From assembly GCA_040182905.1 (NCBI GenBank), contig JARQWU010000005.1, forward strand, positions 106,256 to 126,255: a DNA stretch of 20,000 bases, in the 5' to 3' direction. Numbering within the stretch: the first letter of the stretch is position 1; the number at the start of each line of letters is the position of its first letter. Positions 1-8,423 of this stretch are shown here, piece after piece. Source of the DNA: Barthelona sp. PAP020 (Eukaryota). Under the pieces are notes generated by a model. That model had not been told where the DNA came from, did no database searches, and was given only the letters and a program-made list of their open reading frames with translations. Both the position numbers and the translations under genes were made by a program.

Positions 1-36
1 TTAACCCCCTTCAAATTGAAACCAAACACTGTGAAC

Positions 37-873
37 ATGCATTTTGTTGACGAAGAATTGTCAAGACCACTTGATCTTAATTCTTTGGTTGATGATAGTG
101 TGATTCAGTCTTTATTGGATCAAAGTGTTCCATATGAGTCTTTGGATTCTTTTTTTCAAACCGTTTTTTCAAACAAAAAATCAGTAGTTTGTTTAGTTGG
201 AGGAGGGGGAAAAACCTCTTTGATGCATCGATTGGCGAAATATATTTATAAGGACAGAGGTTGCATTTTGACGACAACAACACACACAAACCTAATTTCT
301 GAATCTTCTTTTGAGAAATTTGTTGAAATGAAATCTCCTTCTGATTTTCCTTCAATTGATAGGGTAAACCCTGGAGAAAGAGTTGCTATTTTATCAAACA
401 AGAAGGTAAAAAAGGATCATGTATCATTTTGTGGTGTTGATGTTCAACACTATCAACAGCTTTTAAATTTAACAGATGTGATTTTAATTGAAGCAGATGG
501 TGCAAGAAGAAGACCATTTAAAGCACCAAAAGAAACTGAACCAGTAATTCCTGATTGTACAAATGTTATTATTAATGTCATTGGCTTAGATGCATTATTT
601 TTGAAAGTTTCAGAATGTCATAGACCAGAAATTATATGTAAATTTGCCAATGTCGATGAAAATACCATTGTTAATTCTGATATTATTAAAAGTGTCATTC
701 AACATCCATTAGGTCCCTTTAAAAATTGTCCTATTGATTGTAAAAGGATTATTGTAATAAATAAAGCAGATATTGATCCCAATTTGGCTTTAACTTTGAA
801 AGATGACCTTCAATCATCTATTAATATTCCCGTTTTTGTTGTAAGTACTTTACATGATAAATTGTATCGTTGA
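37..873 (+). CDS. yqeC: Selenium-cofactor / selenium-dependent molybdenum hydroxylase accessory protein YqeC-like
   Basis: Motifs VCLVGGGGKTSLM (P-loop-like), LTTTTH and LIEADGARRRPFKAP..EPVIP...VIGLDAL are characteristic of the YqeC family. First ATG is at 37 (the ORF track starts at TTG 16). Stop TGA. Confidence 0.85.
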   Translation: MHFVDEELSRPLDLNSLVDDSVIQSLLDQSVPYESLDSFFQTVFSNKKSVVCLVGGGGKTSLMHRLAKYIYKDRGCILTTTTHTNLISESSFEKFVEMKSPSDFPSIDRVNPGERVAILSNKKVKKDHVSFCGVDVQHYQQLLNLTDVILIEADGARRRPFKAPKETEPVIPDCTNVIINVIGLDALFLKVSECHRPEIICKFANVDENTIVNSDIIKSVIQHPLGPFKNCPIDCKRIIVINKADIDPNLALTLKDDLQSSINIPVFVVSTLHDKLYR

Positions 874-963
874 GACAATTTTTTTTTTTATTTCTTGTGG
901 TTTTTGAAGTGTCAAGAAGAAAGTTGATTGCATAATTTTTTCATATTTTTTCATTTGAGTATT

Positions 964-1438
964 ATGATCAAAGCAGTTATTGTATTCAATACAAAAGGTG
1001 AACCTAGAATATTGCGATTTTATGAATCAACTGTATGAATTATTTGTGAATTTCGTATGACTAACCATTTAGACTATTTCTAGACAACAAGAAATACTGA
1101 AAACTGTTGTTTCATTAGTTACTAAATCGAATTCTAAATGTCAATATGTAGATTGTTGTGGTTTATATGATGATGACCATAAAATTGTATTTTCTCCTTT
1201 TGGATCATTGTTCTTTTGTTTTGTAATTGATAGTATTGAGAATGAAAAGGATATTGCAGACTTAATTAGAACTTTTGTTGAAGCGTTAGACACAATTTAT
1301 GAAAGGGTGAGTGAACATCATGTTATTGTTAATTATGAAGCGGTTAATTTATTATTAGATGAAATGATTGTTGGTGGTTTGGTTTGTCTTGATGATAAAA
1401 GGTTGCTTGTGGAAGCATTCAGAAATTTATCTGGATAA
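964..1438 (+). CDS. AP3S: Adaptor protein complex small (sigma) subunit, AP-3 sigma-like; exons 964-1032 and 1073-1438, 144 aa
   Basis: Spliced translation MIKAVIVFNTKGEPRILRFYEST|TISRQQEILK...LFFCFVIDSIENE..IADLIRTFVEALD..YERVSE..LLDEMIVGGLV matches the AP sigma family. The MIKA.I.FN..G.PR start is closest to AP-3 sigma. Removing the intron joins exon 1 in frame to the 1208-1438 ORF. Confidence 0.85.
1033..1072 (+). other. 40-nt spliceosomal intron, phase 0
   Basis: GTATGA...ACTAAC-CATT-TAG. Contains in-frame stops, and its removal restores a continuous AP sigma reading frame. Confidence 0.9.
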
Positions 1439-2110
1439 TTGTTGAAATAAATAATTAGAAATATTGTTTTATTTTTATTCAAGTGAAATGCTGGAAGTTG
1501 TTGATTATTTTGAGTGAGAAACCCAATTTTTGCATCCTATTCAAGATATTTGCTATCTGACATGTTTTGTTCTTAAGCTTATTGTTATAATATTTTATCT
1601 GTACAATTCATCTTGAATTTGAATAAATATCAAAAACCCGATTTTAAATTGAAAAAATGATAAAGATCTCACATATGCAAAGAAAAGAGGTGCTCCTCAA
1701 ACGCCAAAAAACACCAAACAAAAAATATAACAAAACGAAACCATACCATTTATCCAACATAAATTTTGACAAATGCCCAAAACTAAACATTTAGATTTTT
1801 TTTTTAAAGACAAAACACGAGGAATGAACTCTTCACATTTGCCATGATTGATAATTTTACCCAAAAATTGCTGATAAATCAAGAATAAATATGGTTGACA
1901 CAATTCAAAGCCTTACACAAAATGAATAAAATATGCAAATTTGATTTCAACAAGGTCCTTCAATTTTGATGAAAATTGATCCTCGTTCTTTCTTTCGTGA
2001 ATTCTGATGTATCTTGGATTACAGATAGACCAATCAAAAGTGGATTGAAAAACAGTGATTGACAATGACATTAATTTTGAAAATGATGGTGGTAGCTACT
2101 ACCAAACTAA

Positions 2111-3337
2111 TTAATCATCATCATCACTTTCATTGTTTGGAATATTCATAAACTTGTGCATATTACCACCATTTTTTTGATTAATATCAACCAAGTCCCA
2201 ACATGTGTCAACAAGAACGTTATATTCCTCTTGATTCATTTCAATTCCTGCAGTTATCAAATGTTTAATAAATTGAGAATCCATGTTTGTGGCAATAAGA
2301 TTCGACAACACATAGCCATTGTTCTTTGACAATTCAACAAGTGTAGATTCTTGTGAAGGGTCAAATGTTCCCACAATGGGACATATTTTAATGGTGTTAT
2401 TGATACATCTTCCACAAATTAACGCGGTCATGTCAGGTGATATAGCAAATGAAAAATGAGAAGGATCACAAACACACTGAATCTTTTGAATTTCTTGAAA
2501 GTTATTCACATCATATGAGGTAACATATCCGTCAGCTGACATAACAAGAAGAATATTAGGTGTTAAAAAATGAAGTGACCAAACTTGACCTCCTACAGCA
2601 AATGTGTGAAGAAGAGATCCACTGTCCATATCCCAGAGTTTGACCTCTTTTGACAAATTACCAACAACAATAATTCTTTTGGCAGAATGAAAATCAACAG
2701 CTTTAAAATAGTCATTCTGAGCAAATGAACAAACAATAGCAAAATTATCAGGGTCAATTAATCGGACAATTTGATCATCACTTCCTGTCAAAAGATATTT
2801 ACTGTCTGATGAAAGTTTTACTTCCCAAATGCTTTTCAAAAAAAGCTCATTGGGACAAAATGTTTCTTGCAAGACAACATTGCTGTGGTTTGTATCCCAT
2901 TTCTTAAGTGTTCCATTAAAATCACCAGAATATATATAATTGGAACAATGTGAAAAACAAATTGCATCAACAGCACAATTGTTACTCAATCTACCCAAAA
3001 TGGAGAAATCTTTAAGGCTGTATATAATAATAGATCTATCACTGGAACATGTTGCAAACTTTTGTTCATCTGGTGAAAAAGCCACACCACAAACACAAAA
3101 TCTGTCCTCATGATCTTTCAAAGTGCGATTTAAACTCTCTGTGTTCATATCGATTATGTGAGTATTGCCACCATCACTACCAATCATTAGATATTTGCCA
3201 TTTGGTGAAAATTTACAAGCATAAATGCAACCAGATAGCACTCCAACAATCTCCCTCATCCTAATTTCATCAATTTTTAGAGGTAATATACTACGAATTG
3301 ATTCTTTCACCAAATCACCGATTGATTCATCAAACAT
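2111..3337 (-). CDS. WD40-repeat beta-propeller protein with a non-WD C-terminal region (paralog A)
   Basis: Repeated FSP.G..L, LKKWD and VKLWD motifs. Colinear paralog at 11124-12320. Confidence 0.9.
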   Translation of the reverse strand: MFDESIGDLVKESIRSILPLKIDEIRMREIVGVLSGCIYACKFSPNGKYLMIGSDGGNTHIIDMNTESLNRTLKDHEDRFCVCGVAFSPDEQKFATCSSDRSIIIYSLKDFSILGRLSNNCAVDAICFSHCSNYIYSGDFNGTLKKWDTNHSNVVLQETFCPNELFLKSIWEVKLSSDSKYLLTGSDDQIVRLIDPDNFAIVCSFAQNDYFKAVDFHSAKRIIVVGNLSKEVKLWDMDSGSLLHTFAVGGQVWSLHFLTPNILLVMSADGYVTSYDVNNFQEIQKIQCVCDPSHFSFAISPDMTALICGRCINNTIKICPIVGTFDPSQESTLVELSKNNGYVLSNLIATNMDSQFIKHLITAGIEMNQEEYNVLVDTCWDLVDINQKNGGNMHKFMNIPNNESDDDD

Positions 3338-3642
3338 TTAAAAATTATTGAAAGAGTCGAAAAAAGAGGATTTTGTTAGAAGATGACAATCATTTTTGGA
3401 TATTTTTCTGCATTTTGAATAATAATTCAAATATTATTCAATGATTTACAATCAGAAGATTTGATGTTGATAAATTAAACAAATTCTATTCATATAATGT
3501 ATCTATTTCTTTATGGATTGTTTGAAATCAATGAATCTTATCGTTTTTTTTTCCTTATTTCAACCCTCTTTTATATTTTGGAAGTTTTCATGTCTAAAAA
3601 AAAAATAAAAAAAAAGAAATATTTACATTATTTACAATTGAA

Positions 3643-5613
3643 CTATCTGCAACAATAACAATTCTCAATTTCCTCTACCCTATTTATGGATTTTTCATAA
3701 ATTGCGTAAGCTACTAATCTAAGCTCAGAATAAGCAATTGCACTTGATTTTTCAACTTGATAATTATCATCTGCGGAAAAACTATGAAAATCTAAAAAGA
3801 AACCGAAAATTTCCGCCAATTTTTCCAATTTTTTCTGTTGTTCTTTCAAAGAAATGAATTCATCAAAAATATCTTTTGTCAAATCTTCAAAAAATGTATC
3901 GATTGCTTTGAAAATGTGTTTACTACCTAATTTAAACCAAACATGCTCTTTGGGATTAAAATTCAAAGAATAAGCACATTTTATCCATATTAATACAACT
4001 AAAGCGTTCAAGATACATAAATTATTTTCACTGAATGAAGATGACCTCAAATTCATCATCGACATTCTCAAAAACTTATCAATAAAGGGCAAAATTTTTT
4101 TTGGCGGGATAACATTAAATTTAAAATTTTCCAATATTATTCTTCTGAATAGAACATTAGTTTCTGAAGGTAATAGACAACAAAAATCAAGAAATTCAAT
4201 TTCATTCAAAAGAATTTGAGATAATAGACTAAAATCGCCAACAATGGCATAGCTTAAAGTGTCACAAATAATATCTAAAGTGTCAAGATTAATTCCTCGT
4301 TTTTTAATCATTTCGTATAAAAGGCTTGGAATTTTTTTTGAAACGGGAATTTGTTTTTTTATGGCAATCCATTCTTCATAGCTTAAACCCTTTAATAATA
4401 CCTCCAAACAGGTCACTAATCTTGATTCGTTGTTTTTACTTAAAACATCAAAAATCAGTTCAATTAATGTTTTTCCATATTTTTGGTTATCATTTGATTT
4501 TAAGGGAAAGGGCTTCGATAATAACATGTCATAATTACTTATAGAATAGTCCATAAATTTTCTGTTGAATAGTAAAGATAAACATTGAGAAAATGAGTTT
4601 GTAACTCTTGAATTGATGGTTTCACTACATTGGTCATCTAAAACTAAGTATAATAGATCTAAATGAAAGTTCAAGTCAAGTAATTCCTTTTGAATGTACA
4701 ATCTATAAGGTCCAACCAAAAATTCGCTCAATAATGAAGTTACACTAGGCAATTCTTGAATTAATAATAAAAACATTTGAATTGTATTATTTGCACAATA
4801 CCTATGAAAATTAATTGAAACAAGGTTAATTAAATTGTATAATTTTGGTAAAAAAGAAATATTTAACAACGTATATTGTGATTCAGTTTGAATTAAAGGA
4901 TTCATTAAGGGTTTAGCACATTCATAAAATGTGGGATTACCACTGCTCAAACTAACATTAATCGTGGTGAAAAAATAGTGCAGCAATAAACACATTGAAG
5001 GTAATTGATTCAATTTAAGAGTAAATTGGGTGTGGACTAAATATTTAGATTCTCTTATTAGCGAGGTTAAGTGGAAATTAATCTGTCGTTGCTGCCCTAA
5101 AGCCAATATAGATATTAAAAAATCAATAATAATTGTGTTATTTTCAGACAACAATAATAAGGGCAAGAAATTATTAAAATTATTTGACAACATCGTAATG
5201 TCAGTAAAACCCCATCCCATTATACCACTGTCATTATTACACATCAAAGAAGAAACTAATTTTATGATTAAAAACCCTAACTTTTCAGAAATGGGTTCTT
5301 TATCAACCAAATCACTACATCCTAGTAACAATTTAATAATGAAATGTGGTGGTAAATCTGTGATATCGTTTTGATCCATATCTATTAATCTAGTCAAATG
5401 ATCAATGCAGAAATCTTCAAAATAATAATTTTCAAAATTGTTCTCTTGAAAGCACATTCTTCTATTAATTAAACCATATTTAGTATTGATTTGAAACTTG
5501 GTTTGATTCTTCAGAATTACTTTCAAACTATAATCATTTTGAATTTCAACATTTCTTTTCGTGTTCATTTGATATTCATCAACTTGCAATTCAGATGGTA
5601 TCTCAACAGGCAT
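3643..5613 (-). CDS. Helical protein, TRPC4AP/TRUSS (DUF3689)-like, putative CRL4 substrate receptor
   Basis: 656-aa ORF. Segments ENNLCILNALVVL, CLEVLLKG and VEKSSAIAYS resemble TRPC4AP ENVSCLNTSLVIL, AVESFLRG and LENSSCISFS as recalled. The CDS is solid; the family call is tentative. Confidence 0.5.
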   Translation of the reverse strand: MPVEIPSELQVDEYQMNTKRNVEIQNDYSLKVILKNQTKFQINTKYGLINRRMCFQENNFENYYFEDFCIDHLTRLIDMDQNDITDLPPHFIIKLLLGCSDLVDKEPISEKLGFLIIKLVSSLMCNNDSGIMGWGFTDITMLSNNFNNFLPLLLLSENNTIIIDFLISILALGQQRQINFHLTSLIRESKYLVHTQFTLKLNQLPSMCLLLHYFFTTINVSLSSGNPTFYECAKPLMNPLIQTESQYTLLNISFLPKLYNLINLVSINFHRYCANNTIQMFLLLIQELPSVTSLLSEFLVGPYRLYIQKELLDLNFHLDLLYLVLDDQCSETINSRVTNSFSQCLSLLFNRKFMDYSISNYDMLLSKPFPLKSNDNQKYGKTLIELIFDVLSKNNESRLVTCLEVLLKGLSYEEWIAIKKQIPVSKKIPSLLYEMIKKRGINLDTLDIICDTLSYAIVGDFSLLSQILLNEIEFLDFCCLLPSETNVLFRRIILENFKFNVIPPKKILPFIDKFLRMSMMNLRSSSFSENNLCILNALVVLIWIKCAYSLNFNPKEHVWFKLGSKHIFKAIDTFFEDLTKDIFDEFISLKEQQKKLEKLAEIFGFFLDFHSFSADDNYQVEKSSAIAYSELRLVAYAIYEKSINRVEEIENCYCCR

Positions 5614-6130
5614 CTGATTCTATAAATAAATGGATAAAAAAATCAAGCATCAAAAGGTGAAATTTGATAAAAGCAAATATCCATCACTCATTTTTAGAAT
5701 TATTTAAATTGGTGTTCATTCAATATCACACATCTTTTTTATCTTTAAATATTATTTTTAACCACATTGAAATACAAATTTTGGTGGTGCTTTTTCTTTC
5801 CTGTTCTTCTTTTCATTTTTTTGACATTTTAATTGTGTCAAAAGATCATCTTTATTGAGAATTTAATTGAAGAAAAAAGAAAATCTTGGGTAATGTCCTT
5901 GAAATTTTATTCATTATTGGTCACTTGTGTGTGACATATAATAGTAAATGATGATCATTTTTATCATTTTTTTTTGTCAATAATAATTCAACTGATGAAT
6001 CTTTTATCAAAATTGAATCCTGTTGTGTTAAAATTTTCATTGTTCATTTCTTTAATTTTAAAAAAGTTTTTGTTTTTTTTAAATCTAATGAAGAATTTAT
6101 TTGAGCCTTTCAATCTATTCTTTACTTTTT

Positions 6131-6766
6131 CTATTTCACAGGAGGTGATCTTGGAGGATTTGGTGGTGGAAAATAAGGTCCAGGATAAATATATGGGGTC
6201 ATCGCAACTGGTACTGTAGAATTGACACTATGAGCAATCAAGCTTTTTTGTTTTGGCTTGGGTTTGGGACCAGCTTTCAAAATTATATACGTGACTAAGA
6301 ATACAGAAAAAATAATGGAAAGAAGAATTACAATTGACCTATAAGACAACGACGACAAGAAACTGTCCAATATTTCCCCAATTAATTGCATTTGAATTCT
6401 GGAATTGCCTCCAACTCTTGTCCTTTCCATGCAAATTTTCCAAGCTGCACATTTTTGAGCAAATTCCTGATCGGGTAAGTTTTTATCACATTGATTATCC
6501 TGATAACGTTTTTCACAGTCATCTTTGTTTAGAGACAACAACATTGCATTCTGTTCATTTGCAGCCTCAACATCCTGTTTAAAAGAAAAAACTAAACTAG
6601 AAATAATCCATATTATTATACCAGCCAATAAAACTCGTAAAAATAAACTCATATATGCTGTTATTGTTTCAATATTATTTAAATGTTCCTCAACTGCATC
6701 ATCTCCTGTTAACGCGGGAGTAAAATCTTCTATATCACTTGATATGTTATCAAGTGCAACAGTCAT
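6131..6766 (-). CDS. BRR6: Brr6/Brl1-family nuclear envelope protein
   Basis: Two hydrophobic TM segments flank a four-cysteine luminal domain C...Y..N.C......C..W..CM, followed by GEILDSFLSSLS. Likely start is MTVALD at 6766; the longer ORF-track start overlaps SGT1. Confidence 0.85.
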   Translation of the reverse strand: MTVALDNISSDIEDFTPALTGDDAVEEHLNNIETITAYMSLFLRVLLAGIIIWIISSLVFSFKQDVEAANEQNAMLLSLNKDDCEKRYQDNQCDKNLPDQEFAQKCAAWKICMERTRVGGNSRIQMQLIGEILDSFLSSLSYRSIVILLSIIFSVFLVTYIILKAGPKPKPKQKSLIAHSVNSTVPVAMTPYIYPGPYFPPPNPPRSPPVK

Positions 6767-6810
6767 TGTTGTTATCAGGAAAAAAAAAAGTATCAATTTT
6801 TTTACATATA
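6767..6810. promoter_or_regulatory. 44-bp divergent intergenic region (putative bidirectional promoter)
   Basis: Lies between the BRR6-like ATG (6766, minus) and the SGT1 ATG (6811, plus). An A-tract is followed by a T-tract, so each gene has a T-tract shortly upstream of its ATG. Confidence 0.6.
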
Positions 6811-7629
6811 ATGACTGATTATCTTTCCATTGGAGACAAATATTTTGTTGAAGAACATTTTGATGAAGCAATTAAACAATATTCTATTGGAATTGAAACG
6901 TGTGAAACGAGTGTGTTGTTTTTACATAGAGCTTTGACTCATCGAAAATTGCATAATACTGTAAAAGCAAAAGAAGACTTGAATAAAGCGATTGAATTGA
7001 ATCCTGAATTTGAAGCATATTATCCTTTATTTGGAATTGAAAAAGAAAATTTTGAAAATCCCGTATCTTCATCAAACAATGAAGTTAAACCACCACAAAA
7101 TGTCAAATTATCACACTCAACCCAAGATTCTATTCGTCATGATTTCTATCAATCAAATACTACCATGAATATATGTGTTTATGCGAAAAATGTCAGTGAT
7201 GTGGACGTAACATTTGAATCAAGCTTTGTAAGCCTTGAATTTGTATTCAACAATGAAGTTAAACATTTACACTGGAACTTGTTTGATGCTATCGTTCCTT
7301 CTGAATCCAAATATCGTATTTTAAGGACAAAAATAGAATTAACTTTGAAAAAGGTCAAACAAGAAAGGTGGGAAGCAATTGAACGTCCACAAATTGAAGA
7401 ACTTCAAAATGTAGGTGACAAATGGACAAAATTGGAAGAATTAGCTGAAAAAGAAATTGATGAAAATATTTCTTCCAGAGATGCTATGGCCAAACTTTTT
7501 GAGAATGTTGACCCTGATGCTCAAAGAGCGATGATGAAATCTTACGAAGAATCAGGTGGTACTGTATTATCCACAGATTGGGCTGAAGTTTCTAAAGGTA
7601 AAGTCAAACCATATGAATCAAAAAAATAA
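6811..7629 (+). CDS. SGT1: SGT1 Hsp90 co-chaperone (TPR + CS + SGT1-specific domain)
   Basis: N-terminal TPR, CS domain (RHDFYQS...KIELTLKK...W) and SGS motif RAMMKSYEESGGTVLSTDW. First plausible ATG is at 6811. Confidence 0.92.
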   Translation: MTDYLSIGDKYFVEEHFDEAIKQYSIGIETCETSVLFLHRALTHRKLHNTVKAKEDLNKAIELNPEFEAYYPLFGIEKENFENPVSSSNNEVKPPQNVKLSHSTQDSIRHDFYQSNTTMNICVYAKNVSDVDVTFESSFVSLEFVFNNEVKHLHWNLFDAIVPSESKYRILRTKIELTLKKVKQERWEAIERPQIEELQNVGDKWTKLEELAEKEIDENISSRDAMAKLFENVDPDAQRAMMKSYEESGGTVLSTDWAEVSKGKVKPYESKK

Positions 7630-7648
7630 ACAACTCGTTTTTTTTTTA

Positions 7649-8221
7649 TCATATCAATAAGCCAACTTCAATGTTATGTTCTGAGCAAAAGGCTTCAATA
7701 TTAACCCTTTTTTGCATAAATGCAGGCATTTTAAAAGCTAAGGTTTTTCTCAAAGCACTATCAAACAACTCAGATTCCACGCTAATTTTGTGACCAAATT
7801 TGGCCAAAGGTGTACCCGTTCTCCCAATAAGAATTTTTGTAAAATGGTTGTTTATTTTTGGAATATTTGAATAATGTCTTAGTTTTGAATATATTTCGTG
7901 TTTGTTTCTTCCTCTGACTTCAGCTTTTTCTGTAATTTCAAAAGTTACACCATATTCTTTGTAATAATGTTCTTTTAAAGATTTTGAAGGGGTTCTTTCA
8001 CAAAAGAAGAATGATTTATTGGGTACAGCAATTATTTTCAAGCCACTCTGTTCATATTTCAAGTGTAATCTTTGTAATTCTGCTAATTGGTGTTTTTCAC
8101 TCCCATAACTACTTACATTTACAAGCAAAATTACTTTCCCATAATAACTTTTTAGCAATTTCCTTTCCCCATCAATTGTTCTGTAGGTAGTTTCCAACAA
8201 TTGTTTTTCGGCTAAATCCAT
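7649..8221 (-). CDS. Glutathione peroxidase-fold protein lacking the catalytic residues
   Basis: TIDGE..L..Y.GKVILLVNVSS, LQ.L..KY...GL.I.AVP, YGVTF, V.G...H.IY and FTK.LI.R.G are GPx motifs. The catalytic Cys/Sec, Gln, Trp and Asn positions are all substituted. Confidence 0.85.
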   Translation of the reverse strand: MDLAEKQLLETTYRTIDGERKLLKSYYGKVILLVNVSSYGSEKHQLAELQRLHLKYEQSGLKIIAVPNKSFFFCERTPSKSLKEHYYKEYGVTFEITEKAEVRGRNKHEIYSKLRHYSNIPKINNHFTKILIGRTGTPLAKFGHKISVESELFDSALRKTLAFKMPAFMQKRVNIEAFCSEHNIEVGLLI

Positions 8222-8423
8222 TCAAATAAATTAATTGTTCCACTATTTGGAAAAATACCAGAGTTAGTAGCAATTCCTTCCACATTGAAAATATTTACTT
8301 ACACTTTGAAAATGAAAATATGTAAATACCATTGAGAGTTTTTAACTGTTTCTTTCACAAAAACACGAAAGATGGAAAATTAAAAAGTCAATTTATTTTT
8401 GAAACATATTTTCTTTTTATTTG

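Noticed and set aside
871..906. TGA stop of yqeC as a selenocysteine or readthrough codon
   Set aside because: Readthrough adds only a short T-rich peptide before another TGA, the domain is already complete, and no SECIS-like hairpin is evident.
1967..2008. Box C/D-like TGATGA...CTGA pairs (also ~5948-5995)
   Set aside because: Only about 40-45 nt apart, with no terminal stem or recognisable guide; expected by chance in AT-rich DNA.
6739..6871. Apparent overlap of the BRR6-like and SGT1 ORFs
   Set aside because: Artifact of non-ATG or upstream starts in the ORF track. The plausible ATGs at 6766 and 6811 do not overlap.
8095..8125. Selenocysteine in the GPx-like gene
   Set aside because: The catalytic-position codon is GGG. 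The only TGA is terminal and is directly followed by TAA.
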